Below, piece after piece: positions 1 to 9,411 of a stretch of 19,253 nucleotides of DNA. Within the stretch, counting starts at the first letter, position 1. Each line of letters starts with the position of its first letter. The notes beneath the pieces were generated by a model. That model made no database searches. It was not told the DNA's origin and saw only the letters and a program-made list of their open reading frames with translations. This DNA comes from Meiothermus sp. (GTDB lineage Bacteria > Deinococcota > Deinococci > Deinococcales > Thermaceae), in NCBI GenBank assembly GCA_033762915.1, contig JANRLD010000034.1, positions 1 through 19,253 of the forward strand, written 5' to 3'. Position numbers and translations under genes: made by a program.

Positions 1-66
1 CCTCCACCGCGTCACCTGGAGCCCCCCCTCTCCCCAGCCCCCCGCTCCCCTGGTCGACGCTCCCCC

Positions 67-765
67 ATGACCCCCCACACCCCCGCCGAGACAGGCCAGA
101 TCGCCGAGACCATCCACCTGCCGGGTGACCCCCTCCGGGCCAAGTACATCGCCGAGACCTTTCTCGAGGGGCCTCAGCTCTACAGCCAGATTCGCGGGAT
201 GCTGGGGTACACCGGCAGCTACAAGGGCAAGCGGGTCAGCGTGCAGGGCACCGGGATGGGGATTCCCTCGGCCAGCATCTACATCAACGAGCTGATCATG
301 TTCTACGGCTGCAAGAACCTGATTCGGGTGGGCACCTGTGGGGCCATCCAGGAGCACGTCAAGATCCGCGACGTAGTGATCGCCCAGGCCGCCTGCACCG
401 ACTCCAACCTCAACGCGGGCCGCTTCCCTGGGGCCACCTTTGCCCCGATCGCCAACTTCGACCTGCTCCTGGGGGCCTACACCCACGCCAAGTCCAAGGG
501 CATGAACGTCCACGTGGGCAACATTTGGTCCTCTGATGTGTTCTACAACGACGACCAGGACGAGTACAAGAAGTGGGCCAAGTTCGGGGTGCTGGCGGTA
601 GAGATGGAAGCCGCCGGCCTCTACACCCTGGCCGCCAAGCACGGCGTCCGGGCCCTGACCGTCCTGACCGTCTCCGACCACCTGGTGACCCACGAGCAGA
701 CCACCGCGCAGGAGCGGCAGACCACCTTTAACCAGATGATCGAGGCCGCGCTCGAGGCGGTGTGA
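67..765 (+). CDS. deoD: Purine-nucleoside phosphorylase, DeoD type
   Basis: 232 aa with the motifs TPH..., [35 protein letters not shown] and TVSDH...ERQTTF typical of hexameric PNP. Confidence 0.97.
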   Translation: MTPHTPAETGQIAETIHLPGDPLRAKYIAETFLEGPQLYSQIRGMLGYTGSYKGKRVSVQGTGMGIPSASIYINELIMFYGCKNLIRVGTCGAIQEHVKIRDVVIAQAACTDSNLNAGRFPGATFAPIANFDLLLGAYTHAKSKGMNVHVGNIWSSDVFYNDDQDEYKKWAKFGVLAVEMEAAGLYTLAAKHGVRALTVLTVSDHLVTHEQTTAQERQTTFNQMIEAALEAV

Positions 766-841
766 AAGCGGGAGGGGTTAGCGAGAAAAACAGACCTCCC
801 CACATCCCGTACCTGCCTTTACGCTGCTTCCCTCCACTCCC

Positions 842-1312
842 ATGCCAACCGAGACCGAGCGCAAATTCCTGCTCCGTTCTGACGCCTGGCGCGACGGGGC
901 GGTGGGGAAGCCCTACCGTCAGGGCTATCTTTCGATCCGCCCGACGGTTCGGGTGCGGGTTGCGGGGGACCAAGGGTTCATCACCATTAAGGGCCCGCCC
1001 ACCGGGTACTCCAGGGCCGAATATGAGTACCAAATCCCGGCCTCTGACGCCGCAGAGATGCTTGAGACCCTCTGCCTTTCGCCCGTCATCGCCAAGACCC
1101 GCTACCGCGTGGCTCACGCCGGTCAGGTGTGGGAGATCGACGAGTTCGAGGGCCAAAACGCCGGACTGATCGTCGCGGAGCTCGAATTCGTGACCCCCCA
1201 CAGGCTGTTCGAGCCCCCCGACTGGGTTGGGGAGGAAGTGACCGGCGACCCGCGCTACAACAACTCGAGCCTGGTGGACTGGCCTTACTCGAAGTGGGGT
1301 CAGGAGCACTGA
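842..1312 (+). CDS. CYTH-domain (triphosphate tunnel metalloenzyme) protein
   Basis: N-terminal ETERKFL (ExExK), then RQGYL, VRVR, EYEY.IP, KTRY, WEIDEF.G.N.GLIVAELE and W.GEEVT.D.RY.N. Confidence 0.92.
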   Translation: MPTETERKFLLRSDAWRDGAVGKPYRQGYLSIRPTVRVRVAGDQGFITIKGPPTGYSRAEYEYQIPASDAAEMLETLCLSPVIAKTRYRVAHAGQVWEIDEFEGQNAGLIVAELEFVTPHRLFEPPDWVGEEVTGDPRYNNSSLVDWPYSKWGQEH

Positions 1313-1330
1313 AGGCGGGGTGCGGCGAAA

Positions 1331-1347
1331 GGCCGGAACGCCCGGCC
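1331..1347 (+). terminator. Possible hairpin terminator after the CYTH gene
   Basis: GGCCGG-aacgc-CCGGCC followed by cctttg; the U-tract is weak. Confidence 0.35.
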
Positions 1348-1451
1348 CCTTTGCGCTCTTGGGCTTTTTTCCGTCTCTTGTTCCCTGCTCCCTCAGCCCG
1401 TCGTTGCTGGTTCAACCTTGAACCGTCCACGCAGGCTGTAAAATCCTTCTC

Positions 1452-2072
1452 ATGGAGCTGCTGACCGAGACCGAGGTGCGGGTTCTGGCGACGCTGATCG
1501 AGAAGCAGTACGCCACCCCCGACTACTACCCCATGACCGAGAACGCGGTTCGGCTGGGGGCCAACCAGAAGAATAACCGCAACCCCGTCACCAACCTGAG
1601 CGAGAAGGAGGTCAGCGAGGCGCTGGACTCGCTCCAGCGTAGGCGGCTGACTGGGATGTTCCGCGAGCATAATGCCAGGGCGCCCAAGTTCCGGCAGTTC
1701 CTGGATCGGGAGTACAAGCTCTCCCCCGCCCAGACCGTGGTGATGGCGGTGATGATGCTGCGCGGCCCGCAGACTCTGGGCGAAATCCGCACCCGTGCCG
1801 AGTCGATGAACCACAAGTTCGCCTCGCTGCAGGAGGCCGAGGCCACCGTGCAGAGCCTGATTGACCTGGCCCCGGTGGCGCTGGCGACCCAGCTCGAGCG
1901 CCAGCCCGGCGAGCGCGAGGTGCGCTTCGCCCACTTGCTGGCGGGCGTGCCGGCGCCGGTGGCGCGGGTCGAGGAGAGGAGCGAGCTCGAGGGGCGCGTG
2001 GAGGCCCTCGAGGCTGAGCTAAGGGAAATGCGCCAGATGATCGAGGCACTCAAGCAGTCGCTGGGGGCCTGA
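1452..2072 (+). CDS. YceH/DUF480 family protein
   Basis: E.RVL..LIEK..TPD.YPMT.N, ANQK.NR.PV, LRGPQT.GEIRTR and PG.RE.R.AHL motifs, with a C-terminal coiled coil. A -10 TAAAAT at 1439-1444 lies 7 nt before the ATG. Confidence 0.93.
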   Translation: MELLTETEVRVLATLIEKQYATPDYYPMTENAVRLGANQKNNRNPVTNLSEKEVSEALDSLQRRRLTGMFREHNARAPKFRQFLDREYKLSPAQTVVMAVMMLRGPQTLGEIRTRAESMNHKFASLQEAEATVQSLIDLAPVALATQLERQPGEREVRFAHLLAGVPAPVARVEERSELEGRVEALEAELREMRQMIEALKQSLGA

Positions 2073-2087
2073 GCTGGCAAAGCGAAG

Positions 2088-2109
2088 CGCCCCCGGCTAG
2101 CCGGGGGCG
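2088..2109. terminator. Perfect 22-bp palindrome between convergent genes; likely bidirectional terminator
   Basis: CGCCCCCGGCTAGCCGGGGGCG equals its own reverse complement and lies between the DUF480 and csp stop codons. Confidence 0.7.
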
Positions 2110-2129
2110 TCCTGCGTTCGAGGTTTAGG

Positions 2130-2339
2130 TTAGGAAATAACGGTGACGTTCTTGGCCTGAGGACCCTTGCCGTTCTTGCCGGGCTCGGTCTCGAAGCTCA
2201 CGGTGTCGCCCTCGTTGAGGGTCTTGTAGCCCGCCCCCTGAATGGCGCTGAAGTGCACGAACACATCGGGGCCACCGTCCTGGGCAATGAAACCGAAACC
2301 TTTTTCCGCGTTGAACCACTTAACTGTACCTTTGGTCAT
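2130..2339 (-). CDS. Cold-shock protein, CspA family
   Basis: [18 protein letters not shown]...DVFVHFSAI (RNP1/RNP2). Start moved to ATG 2339, which follows an AGGAG Shine-Dalgarno. Confidence 0.97.
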   Translation of the reverse strand: MTKGTVKWFNAEKGFGFIAQDGGPDVFVHFSAIQGAGYKTLNEGDTVSFETEPGKNGKGPQAKNVTVIS

Positions 2340-2393
2340 GCTGAAACTCCTGTCGTTCGCCCGCAACCTCACTGGTTTTGTGGGAACCGTCCG

Positions 2394-2422
2394 ATGGTAG
2401 CACGGGCGCGGGGGGCAGTCAA
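2394..2422 (-). promoter_or_regulatory. Sigma70-type promoter of the csp gene
   Basis: Minus strand reads TTGACT-17 nt-TACCAT with an extended -10 TG. Confidence 0.7.
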
Positions 2423-2501
2423 ATTGACCATTAAGGCGGCTTGAGCTACGACACGTCGCGCTGGCGGGGCGTGCGGGGTTCTCGAGGCCCCCAGACGACC
2501 T

Positions 2502-2690
2502 TCACCACTCCTCGATGGACTTGTACTGCACCAGGGCCGAGTAGGTGATCTGGTTGCCGGTGGTGGTGGTGGCGAATTTAATGTCCACGATCATGGCATC
2601 TTCGGACAGCTTCTCCACAAAGGTGTTCAGCCGCTCCTGGAACATGTCCGAGTCGTTCGCGGTAATGAGTTTGAGGTGCAGGCCTTGCAT
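2502..2690 (-). CDS. Small protein resembling the Cse60/DUF2758 family
   Basis: 62 aa with the pattern ..LN.F...L....IVDIKF.....QI.YSALVQYK, resembling DUF2758 from memory. TAGAAT lies 6 nt upstream of the ATG. Confidence 0.65.
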   Translation of the reverse strand: MQGLHLKLITANDSDMFQERLNTFVEKLSEDAMIVDIKFATTTTGNQITYSALVQYKSIEEW

Positions 2691-2817
2691 GAGAATATTC
2701 TAACCCACTGGGAGCGAAGGTTTGGTGCATACCCCGAAGCGGGGAGCAGGTGGCGTCCTGGGCTCCTTGGCGGTCGCGGCTAGCCGTTGGCTTCCGGCCG
2801 GCCGCAAAAGCCTCTTT

Positions 2818-3504
2818 CTACTCCTGCCCCCTCGCGGCCTGGAGCAGAGCGGGGTCGTCGCCGATCAACCCGTCCACCCCCCACTCCAGCAGCTTTCTTG
2901 CCGTTTCTAGGTCGTTGACCGTCCAGGTGTATACAAACAGCCCGCCGGCCTTGAGGGCCGCCGTTTTCTCGGCATCCAGCAAGGAGTAGTGCGGGTGGAC
3001 GCCCTCCACCGGGAGGCTGGGGAGCAGTTCAAGGGTTTCGGGCAGGTGGTAGAGCAGGGCCAGGGGCACCTCGAGACCGTGTTTATGCAGCCGTATGAGG
3101 CTCAATGGGTCGAAGCTGCTAAACCAGCACCGCTCGCGGTGGGACCAGGCTCCCACCACTTCGGCGATGACCGCCTCTCGCCCGTCGGGCTTCTCGTACT
3201 CACTCTTGACCTCGAGGTTTAGCCGGGTGCGGGGGAACTGTTCGTTCAGCTCGAGAACCTCCTCGAGGCGGGGCATCCAGGGGGCCACCCGTTTCAGCTC
3301 GGCCCAGTCGGTTTGGTTAATCGGCACCCCGTCAAGGTCGAAGTCATGATAGATCGCCACCACCCCATCGCGGGTGCGGTGGAGGTCGAGCTCGAGGCCG
3401 TCCAGCCCCGCCTCGAGGGCCAGGCGGAAGGACTCGAGGGTGTTTTCCCTGGCCTGACGGGGGGAGCCCCGGTGGCCGAGGAGGGCTGGGTGCGTTTTTC
3501 TCAT
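2818..3504 (-). CDS. Glycerophosphodiester phosphodiesterase (GDPD family)
   Basis: GHRG, ENTLESF, ELDLH.T.DG, HD, NLEVK, SSFD, WTVN and GVDGLI.D motifs; AGGAG RBS upstream. Confidence 0.95.
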   Translation of the reverse strand: MRKTHPALLGHRGSPRQARENTLESFRLALEAGLDGLELDLHRTRDGVVAIYHDFDLDGVPINQTDWAELKRVAPWMPRLEEVLELNEQFPRTRLNLEVKSEYEKPDGREAVIAEVVGAWSHRERCWFSSFDPLSLIRLHKHGLEVPLALLYHLPETLELLPSLPVEGVHPHYSLLDAEKTAALKAGGLFVYTWTVNDLETARKLLEWGVDGLIGDDPALLQAARGQE

Positions 3505-3648
3505 GGTCGTTTTCTCCTGTCTGAAACGGTTTTTTTTGGTCTATTCAGCCCGTTTGTGCGTGCTGGATTGCTGCCGTCGGGTAAGGATCCTGACTTATGC
3601 GCCAATTATGCACGTATTCGGCGGCGTAGATGTTGTAAACTCTTATCC

Positions 3649-4596
3649 ATGGGCAAGTACGACTCCCGTCTTTCAAACCTGACCAGCGCCGACGTGTTCT
3701 CGCGCTTGGAGGGTCAGGGTGGCCTGCTGGCGCTCAGCAGCCGCGAACTATTTTTCCTCAACGACCATTCCGAGCAGTCCGCGAGGCTGGCCTCCATCAA
3801 GCGCATCGGCGTCAACAAGACCTCCGGCAACGTCGACGTGATGGGCGACCAAGGCACCCTGCTCGAGATCCCCCCCACCGCCTTTCAGAAGGACGAGCTG
3901 AAGCTGTTCCTGGAGTCGCTCAAGGGGCATGTCCTGCGGGCCAAGACCAACCCCACCTTGGTCGAGCCGGAGAACGCCCTGACGGCAACCATGACCCCCA
4001 GCACGCCTGCCACCACCTCGGCTGGGCTGCCCCCCAGAATGGCCGAGCCCGAGCCCACGCTGGTGCCGGAGCCCGAGCCTTTCGTACCCGTGCGTGACCC
4101 GGAACCCGAGCCCCCGGTGATCCGGGCTGAGCCAACCCCGGTGCGCTTCCCGACCCCTATTCCCGATCATTTCGAGACCCCCGCCCTCACCGAGCCGATC
4201 AACATCGCCGAACCTCCCAAAACCCTCCCCGATGACCCCGACTCGATATGGGCCTACGAAGGGCAGGCCAAGCCGGTCACGGCCACTCAGGAAATGCCCC
4301 CGGTCGGCCGCCCCAGCACCGACTCCAAAATTTCGCAGGACGTTGTTCCGCCCGCGATGAACTCGGTACCGGTGCCCATGCCGCTGTCCGTCCAGCCCTC
4401 CTCGACCCAGCGCACCGGTTTCTTCCTGCTCAAAATCTCGGCCATCCTTACCGGCCTGTTCGCGGTTCTTTTCTTCGGCATCAACTTCTTTATGCCCAGC
4501 CCCGGTGCCAGCGTAGATCCGCTCAGTTTGGTCGGTGTGCTGGTGGGCGGAGTGGCCCTTACGCTGATCCAGTGGCGCTTGTCCGAGCCGCTTTAA
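3649..4596 (+). CDS. Uncharacterised membrane protein: globular N-domain, Pro/Glu/Thr-rich linker, two C-terminal TM helices
   Basis: The likely start is ATG 3649 (MGKYDSR), 7 nt after TAAACT; the longer ORF-track start overlaps the divergent GDPD gene. Two hydrophobic stretches lie at the C-terminus. Confidence 0.8.
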   Translation: MGKYDSRLSNLTSADVFSRLEGQGGLLALSSRELFFLNDHSEQSARLASIKRIGVNKTSGNVDVMGDQGTLLEIPPTAFQKDELKLFLESLKGHVLRAKTNPTLVEPENALTATMTPSTPATTSAGLPPRMAEPEPTLVPEPEPFVPVRDPEPEPPVIRAEPTPVRFPTPIPDHFETPALTEPINIAEPPKTLPDDPDSIWAYEGQAKPVTATQEMPPVGRPSTDSKISQDVVPPAMNSVPVPMPLSVQPSSTQRTGFFLLKISAILTGLFAVLFFGINFFMPSPGASVDPLSLVGVLVGGVALTLIQWRLSEPL

Positions 4597-4647
4597 AGTT
4601 CAAATAACCCGCTAGCCAGCGCCCCCCACCGGTACTCTAGGGTTTAA

Positions 4648-4992
4648 GTGGAGCGCTGGCTTTCTATTGCCTACGTGGTTGTTGTGCTTGGATTGGGTCT
4701 GCTCAGCCTTTGGCCTCGGTTGTCCCCAGCATCCAGTCCAGTTCGTGTTGGTCAAGACCCCGCCCCCGTTTCCCCTCTTACCCCCGGTCCGGCAGGGTTG
4801 GCAGAGTTCAGGGAGAAGGTCAACCTCAACACCGCCAGCCAGGCTGAGCTCGAGAGCCTCCCGCGCATCGGCCCGGCCCTGGCCGAGCGTATCATCCAGG
4901 GGCGGCCTTACCGCAGCATTGAGGACCTGGACAAGGTTCGCGGGATTGGCCCCGCCCTGCTTGACCAGTTACGCCCGCTGGTCAGCTTTTAG
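4648..4992 (+). CDS. comEA: ComEA-family helix-hairpin-helix DNA-binding competence protein
   Basis: N-terminal TM anchor, then VNLNTAS..EL.SLP.IGP.LA..II and V.GIGP; directly upstream of comEC. Confidence 0.9.
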   Translation: MERWLSIAYVVVVLGLGLLSLWPRLSPASSPVRVGQDPAPVSPLTPGPAGLAEFREKVNLNTASQAELESLPRIGPALAERIIQGRPYRSIEDLDKVRGIGPALLDQLRPLVSF

Positions 4993-4995
4993 CCT

Positions 4996-7035
4996 ATGGT
5001 GCCTTACGCGCTGGGGCTGGGGGCGTTACTGGGCGCACTGACCCAGGTCAGCCCGCTGTTCTTTGCTGGGCTTATCGGCGGGCTTTGGCTGCCTCAGACG
5101 GCGCGTTGGCTTGGGGTTTTGGCCTATCTGGCGGTAGTCATCCACCTTGGGGTTATCCAGAACCCGTGGGAGGGGCAATATGGCCGCTGGATGATCCTCG
5201 AGGGCCGGCTGATGAACGGCTTTTTACATACCGTGCAGGGCCGGGTATATGTGCGTCACTTCCCGCGGCTCCAGGACGGCCACTACCGGCTCGAAGGCCG
5301 CCTGGTGCGCCCGCAGGGGAGGCGCAACCCCGGCGGCTTCGATCAGGCCCTCTGGCTGCGGGGCCTGGGGGTCACAGCGGTACTTCAGGCCGAGGCCGTT
5401 CTCGATAGCCGCCCTGCTGAGCCCGGCCCCAGGGCCTGGTTTGAGAGGCAGCTTTCGGCAGGTCTGTCGCCGGGCGTGGCGGCCCTCAACACTGCCATTA
5501 CCTTGGGCGAGAAGCGAGACCTCGAGGAAACCTACGGCGAGTTTCAGCGGGCCGGGCTGGCCCACGCGCTGGCCCTCTCCGGGTTGAATGTGGCGGTGCT
5601 GGCGGGGTTTTTGGTCTTGGTTTTGTACAAGCTGGGAAACCTTCGCTACCTGGTGGTGTTGGGAGTTTTACTGCTGTACTTGCTGCTGGTGGGGGCGCAG
5701 CCGTCGCTGCTTCGGGCGACCGTCATGGCTGGGTTTGTATTGGTCGGACTTTTTCTAGGAAAAGGCCGTGTAGAGGTGCTTCCTTCCCTTAGTCTGGCAC
5801 TGTTTGTTCACCTGCTCTGGGAACCTGCCTCGATCTTTTCCCTCTCCTTTCAGCTCTCCTATTTGGCCGTGCTGGGTATGGCCCTGATCCTGCCCAAGCT
5901 GCCCAGGCTGGAGGGCTGGCGAAACTGGCTGTGGGCCTCGGTGAGCGTGACGGTGGCGGCTCAGGCGCTCATTCTTCCGCTGCTCCTGCACAGCTTCCAC
6001 CAGTTGCCGCTGGTCTCCCCCGTCGCCAATCTTTTGGTGCTGCCGCTTCTCGAGCTGCTAATCCCACTCGGCTTCCTGAAGTTGGTGCTGGGGGGCATCT
6101 TGGCCCTACCGGTCGAAGTCTTGAGCCAGGTCGTACTGTGGATTGTCGGCTGGCTGGCCCAGGGGCCACAGTTGTATTGGGGGCAGATCTCGAGCCTCGG
6201 CTTTGCCCTGTACTTCTTGGGCCTGGTTCCGCTGCTGGCCGCTCTTTACGGGCGGATCGGCTGGCTCAGGGCCCTGGCGCTGAGTTCGACTGCCGTCCTG
6301 GCTTCTCTTCTGCCCGTTCCTTTTCAGCGGGGCGAAATCTGGCAGTTGGATGTCGGACAGGGCGACGCCAGTCTGATCCGCCTTCCGGGTAACGTTTCGA
6401 TCTTGGTGGACGGCGGGCGTGGATTTGCCTACCGTGCGCTCGAGGGCTCGCTCCGGGCTTTGGGCGTCCACGATCTCGACTTGATCGTGGCCACGCACGC
6501 GGACGCCGACCATATCGAGTCGCTTCCGAAGGTTCTGGACAACTTCAAGGTTGGCAGCCTGGTGATGGGGCCGCGGCTCCGTTCGGACGTTCTGGATACC
6601 GACCTAAGAATTGCCGCAGCAAGGCGCAACATCCCCGTTGTTCAGGCGGGTGTCGGTACAATCGTAAAAGTCGGCTCTGCCCGTCTGCGTTTCGTAGGCC
6701 CGTTTGGTGGCGAGCGGGAGGACAACGAGCGCAGCTTGGTCTTTATCTTCGAATACAACGACTATCGCGCCCTGTTCACCGGCGACGCCGACACCCACGG
6801 CGAGCGGCGCTGGTCCCATGAGGATGTCGACCTGCTCAAGGTAGGGCATCACGGCTCGAGAACCTCTACCGGAGACTCCCTACTTGAGCGTTTCCGCCCC
6901 GAGGTGGCCCTCATCGGTGTGGGCAACAACTCCTTTGGCCACCCCTCCAAGGAGGTGCTGGACAGGCTTCATCGGCAGGGGGTGGACATCCGGCGTACAG
7001 ATATCGAGGGAGCCATACGAATCGAGTTACCTTGA
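4996..7035 (+). CDS. comEC: DNA internalisation competence protein ComEC/Rec2
   Basis: RNPGGFD, AGLAH.LALSG.N, SFQLSY and ANLL motifs, plus a C-terminal MBL domain (LDVGQGD, THADADH, TGD, KVGHHGS). Confidence 0.96.
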   Translation: MVPYALGLGALLGALTQVSPLFFAGLIGGLWLPQTARWLGVLAYLAVVIHLGVIQNPWEGQYGRWMILEGRLMNGFLHTVQGRVYVRHFPRLQDGHYRLEGRLVRPQGRRNPGGFDQALWLRGLGVTAVLQAEAVLDSRPAEPGPRAWFERQLSAGLSPGVAALNTAITLGEKRDLEETYGEFQRAGLAHALALSGLNVAVLAGFLVLVLYKLGNLRYLVVLGVLLLYLLLVGAQPSLLRATVMAGFVLVGLFLGKGRVEVLPSLSLALFVHLLWEPASIFSLSFQLSYLAVLGMALILPKLPRLEGWRNWLWASVSVTVAAQALILPLLLHSFHQLPLVSPVANLLVLPLLELLIPLGFLKLVLGGILALPVEVLSQVVLWIVGWLAQGPQLYWGQISSLGFALYFLGLVPLLAALYGRIGWLRALALSSTAVLASLLPVPFQRGEIWQLDVGQGDASLIRLPGNVSILVDGGRGFAYRALEGSLRALGVHDLDLIVATHADADHIESLPKVLDNFKVGSLVMGPRLRSDVLDTDLRIAAARRNIPVVQAGVGTIVKVGSARLRFVGPFGGEREDNERSLVFIFEYNDYRALFTGDADTHGERRWSHEDVDLLKVGHHGSRTSTGDSLLERFRPEVALIGVGNNSFGHPSKEVLDRLHRQGVDIRRTDIEGAIRIELP

Positions 7036-7118
7036 AGTGCTCGAGAGTGTTGTGCATTTGTGCACCTTGTGTTCGTAACCCCGGTTTTGTCCGTCTTTCA
7101 GATCTGCCCTGTCGGTCT

Positions 7119-7943
7119 TTAGCTTTCGTACCCCAGTGCCTTGAGGATCGCGGTTAGCTCTTCTTCGGAGTGGTAGGCAATCTCGAGTTTGCCCCGCTTC
7201 TCGGCAGTGAATCGGACCTTGGCTCCGAGTTGCCTCGAGATGGCCTTGGCGATCTCGGCATAGGCCTGCCCGTCACGACCCTTTGCCCCGCCTTTGCTGG
7301 CACTCGGCTTGTCCTTTAGGCGTTCGGTGTCCCTCACGCTGAGGCCTCGGTCCACTACTTCTCCAAGGCCCCAGACCCGTTTATGCTCGGGCAGCATCAA
7401 CAGTGCCCGGGCGTGACCGGCACTGATCTTGCTCTCCTCCATCGCGCGTAGAACCTCGGGCGGAAGTTGCAACAGTCGCAGGGCGTTTGTGACGGTGACC
7501 CTGGCCTTACCCACGGCCTGGGCCACCCCCTCTTGGGTCATCCCCATGTCCTGAAGGCGTTTGTAGCCCTCGGCCTCCTCGACCGGGTTGAGGTCTTCAC
7601 GCTGGAGGTTTTCGATTAGCGCAATTTCGAGGGCCTCCCGCTCGCCGATGTCCTTGATCAGAACTGGGACTTCCTTTAGCCCAGCCATCTGCGAGGCCCG
7701 GAAGCGCCGCTCACCAGCTACCAGTTCGTACATATCGCCCTTGGGGCGTACCAGCAGCGGTTGGAGCAGTCCCTTGTCTTTTATCGAGAGGGAGAGTTCT
7801 TCTAACGCGGCCTGGTTGAAGATGCGGCGGGGTTGGTCGGGGTTGGGTTTTATCAGGCTTAAGGGCAACTTGGTCACGCTGGCCTGTGACTTCGGTAGCA
7901 GGGCCTCGAGACCCTTGCCCAGTCCGCTAGGCTTCTTGGACAC
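7119..7943 (-). CDS. parB: Chromosome partitioning protein ParB/Spo0J
   Basis: GLGKGL.AL, PNP.QPR, GLLQP, AGERR.RA, ENLQREDLNP.EEA and HTH; GTG start overlaps the end of parA. Confidence 0.97.
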   Translation of the reverse strand: MSKKPSGLGKGLEALLPKSQASVTKLPLSLIKPNPDQPRRIFNQAALEELSLSIKDKGLLQPLLVRPKGDMYELVAGERRFRASQMAGLKEVPVLIKDIGEREALEIALIENLQREDLNPVEEAEGYKRLQDMGMTQEGVAQAVGKARVTVTNALRLLQLPPEVLRAMEESKISAGHARALLMLPEHKRVWGLGEVVDRGLSVRDTERLKDKPSASKGGAKGRDGQAYAEIAKAISRQLGAKVRFTAEKRGKLEIAYHSEEELTAILKALGYES

Positions 7944-8676
7944 GTCGCATCACCTCCTCGGCTAGGCGGCGGTAGGCGTGGGCACCGCTGGAGGTTGGGG
8001 CGTATTGACCGATGTCTTGGCCGTGGCTGGGGGCCTCAGCAAGCCTCACGTTGCGCGGAATGACCGTCCAAAACACCTTTTCTCCGATGTTCGCGCGGAT
8101 GTTGGCCTCAACTTGTTGTGAAAGTAGGGTGCGTGGGTCGTACATGGTGATGAGTACGCCGAGCAGGCGCAGCGACGGGTTGAGGCTGCTGCGGACTTGT
8201 TCGATGGTATCGATCAACCCAGCGATACCTTCTAGAGCATAGTATTCGGCCTGTACCGGCACGATAAGTCCGTCCGACGCGGCCAGGATGTTCATGCTGA
8301 TCGGGCCTAGGCTGGGCGGTGCATCGAGTAGGATCAGGTCGTAGCTGCTATCCAGGTCTGCCAATACCTCGCGCAGCCGGGTCGGGCGCTCCAGAAGCTC
8401 GGCCGACGCGCCCACTAGGTCTGGGCTCGAGGGCATTAGGTGCAGGTTTGGCTCCAACTCTAGGATGGCCTCTTTTGGCTGACTTTCCCCAATCATCACG
8501 CTATAAACGTTGGCAGTCCGGGTCGATTGGCCTAATCCCGAAGTGGCGTTTACCTGAGGGTCTAGGTCGATTATCAGGGTTCGCTGTCCCGCTTTGGCCA
8601 GGTAGGCCGCCATGTTTACCGCGGTCGTGGTCTTTCCGACCCCGCCCTTCTGGTTGACAATGCCGATGCGTTTCAC
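7927..8676 (-). CDS. parA: ParA/Soj ATPase
   Basis: Deviant Walker A NQKGGVGKTT, DLDPQ, D.PPSLG, PVQAEY.ALEG and IPRNV.LAEAPS.G. Confidence 0.97.
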   Translation of the reverse strand: MKRIGIVNQKGGVGKTTTAVNMAAYLAKAGQRTLIIDLDPQVNATSGLGQSTRTANVYSVMIGESQPKEAILELEPNLHLMPSSPDLVGASAELLERPTRLREVLADLDSSYDLILLDAPPSLGPISMNILAASDGLIVPVQAEYYALEGIAGLIDTIEQVRSSLNPSLRLLGVLITMYDPRTLLSQQVEANIRANIGEKVFWTVIPRNVRLAEAPSHGQDIGQYAPTSSGAHAYRRLAEEVMRRVQEA

Positions 8677-8682
8677 TGTCCT

Positions 8683-9411
8683 CTAGGATAACGGATTCTT
8701 GGCTGAAACCCCAGCTTTTCGGGGGTATTGGCGTGGGGTCGGTCTTGTTTTGTTGATAATTACTAGGCTTCGCTGATCCTTGGTTTTGGGCAGTTGAAGC
8801 GGAACAAGCTCTGGCGGGCTTCCTCCCAAGACTGTTATCGAACGTTGCGCCTGCTTGATTTCGGCCTCGGCGGCGGCCGTCTTTTGCAGGAGTGCGAACC
8901 CTCCAACTCGGATTAGGGGCAGGGTTAGTTCCATTAAAACGGGTATCGAGGCCACGGCTCGAGCCAGCGCCACTCCATATGTTTCACGTTTTACAAGGTC
9001 GTGGGAAAGCTCTTCAGAACGGCCCCAAATGGCCGTCGCGTTCTTAAGTCCAAGGTCATTTATCACTACTTCGAGAAATGAAATCTTCTTCTTTGTGGCG
9101 TCGAGTAGATCAAAGCGAATGTTCGGACATACGATCGCCAAGGGCAACCCGGGAAAGCCCGCGCCCGTGCCTACATCTATCACAGTGTCTGTCTGCCAAA
9201 GCCTGGGGTAGATCAAGCAGGTCAACGAGTCCACAAAGTGTTTCAACACGATGCCTTCTTCGTCCCTGATGGCGGTTAAGTTGGTCGACTTGTTGGCCTC
9301 AGTGAGCAGGTCAAAATAACGGGCGAAGCGGGGGAGGTGTGACTCCAGATCGAGGCCGAGGTCCCTTGCTGCGTTCAAAAGCAACTGCTCTCCCGCTTCG
9401 GTCATGTGCAT
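8683..9411 (-). CDS. rsmG: 16S rRNA (guanine-N7)-methyltransferase RsmG (GidB)
   Basis: NLTAI, KHFVDS, DVGTGAGFPG.PLAI, ARAV and YPR..G motifs. Start set at ATG 9411, 7 nt after TAGAAT, instead of 9537. Confidence 0.95.
   Translation of the reverse strand: MHMTEAGEQLLLNAARDLGLDLESHLPRFARYFDLLTEANKSTNLTAIRDEEGIVLKHFVDSLTCLIYPRLWQTDTVIDVGTGAGFPGLPLAIVCPNIRFDLLDATKKKISFLEVVINDLGLKNATAIWGRSEELSHDLVKRETYGVALARAVASIPVLMELTLPLIRVGGFALLQKTAAAEAEIKQAQRSITVLGGSPPELVPLQLPKTKDQRSLVIINKTRPTPRQYPRKAGVSAKNPLS

Noticed and set aside
3391..3438. Three CTCGAG at 21-nt spacing in the GDPD gene, and a similar pair near 1986-2012, as possible further mini-insertions
   Set aside because: They encode expected family residues (ENTLESF..ALEAG.D.LELD; coiled-coil LE..VEALE) with no apparent extra length.
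3313..3648. N-terminal 112-aa extension of the 427-aa ORF
   Set aside because: It overlaps the divergent GDPD gene and its upstream region; ATG 3649 has a correctly spaced -10.
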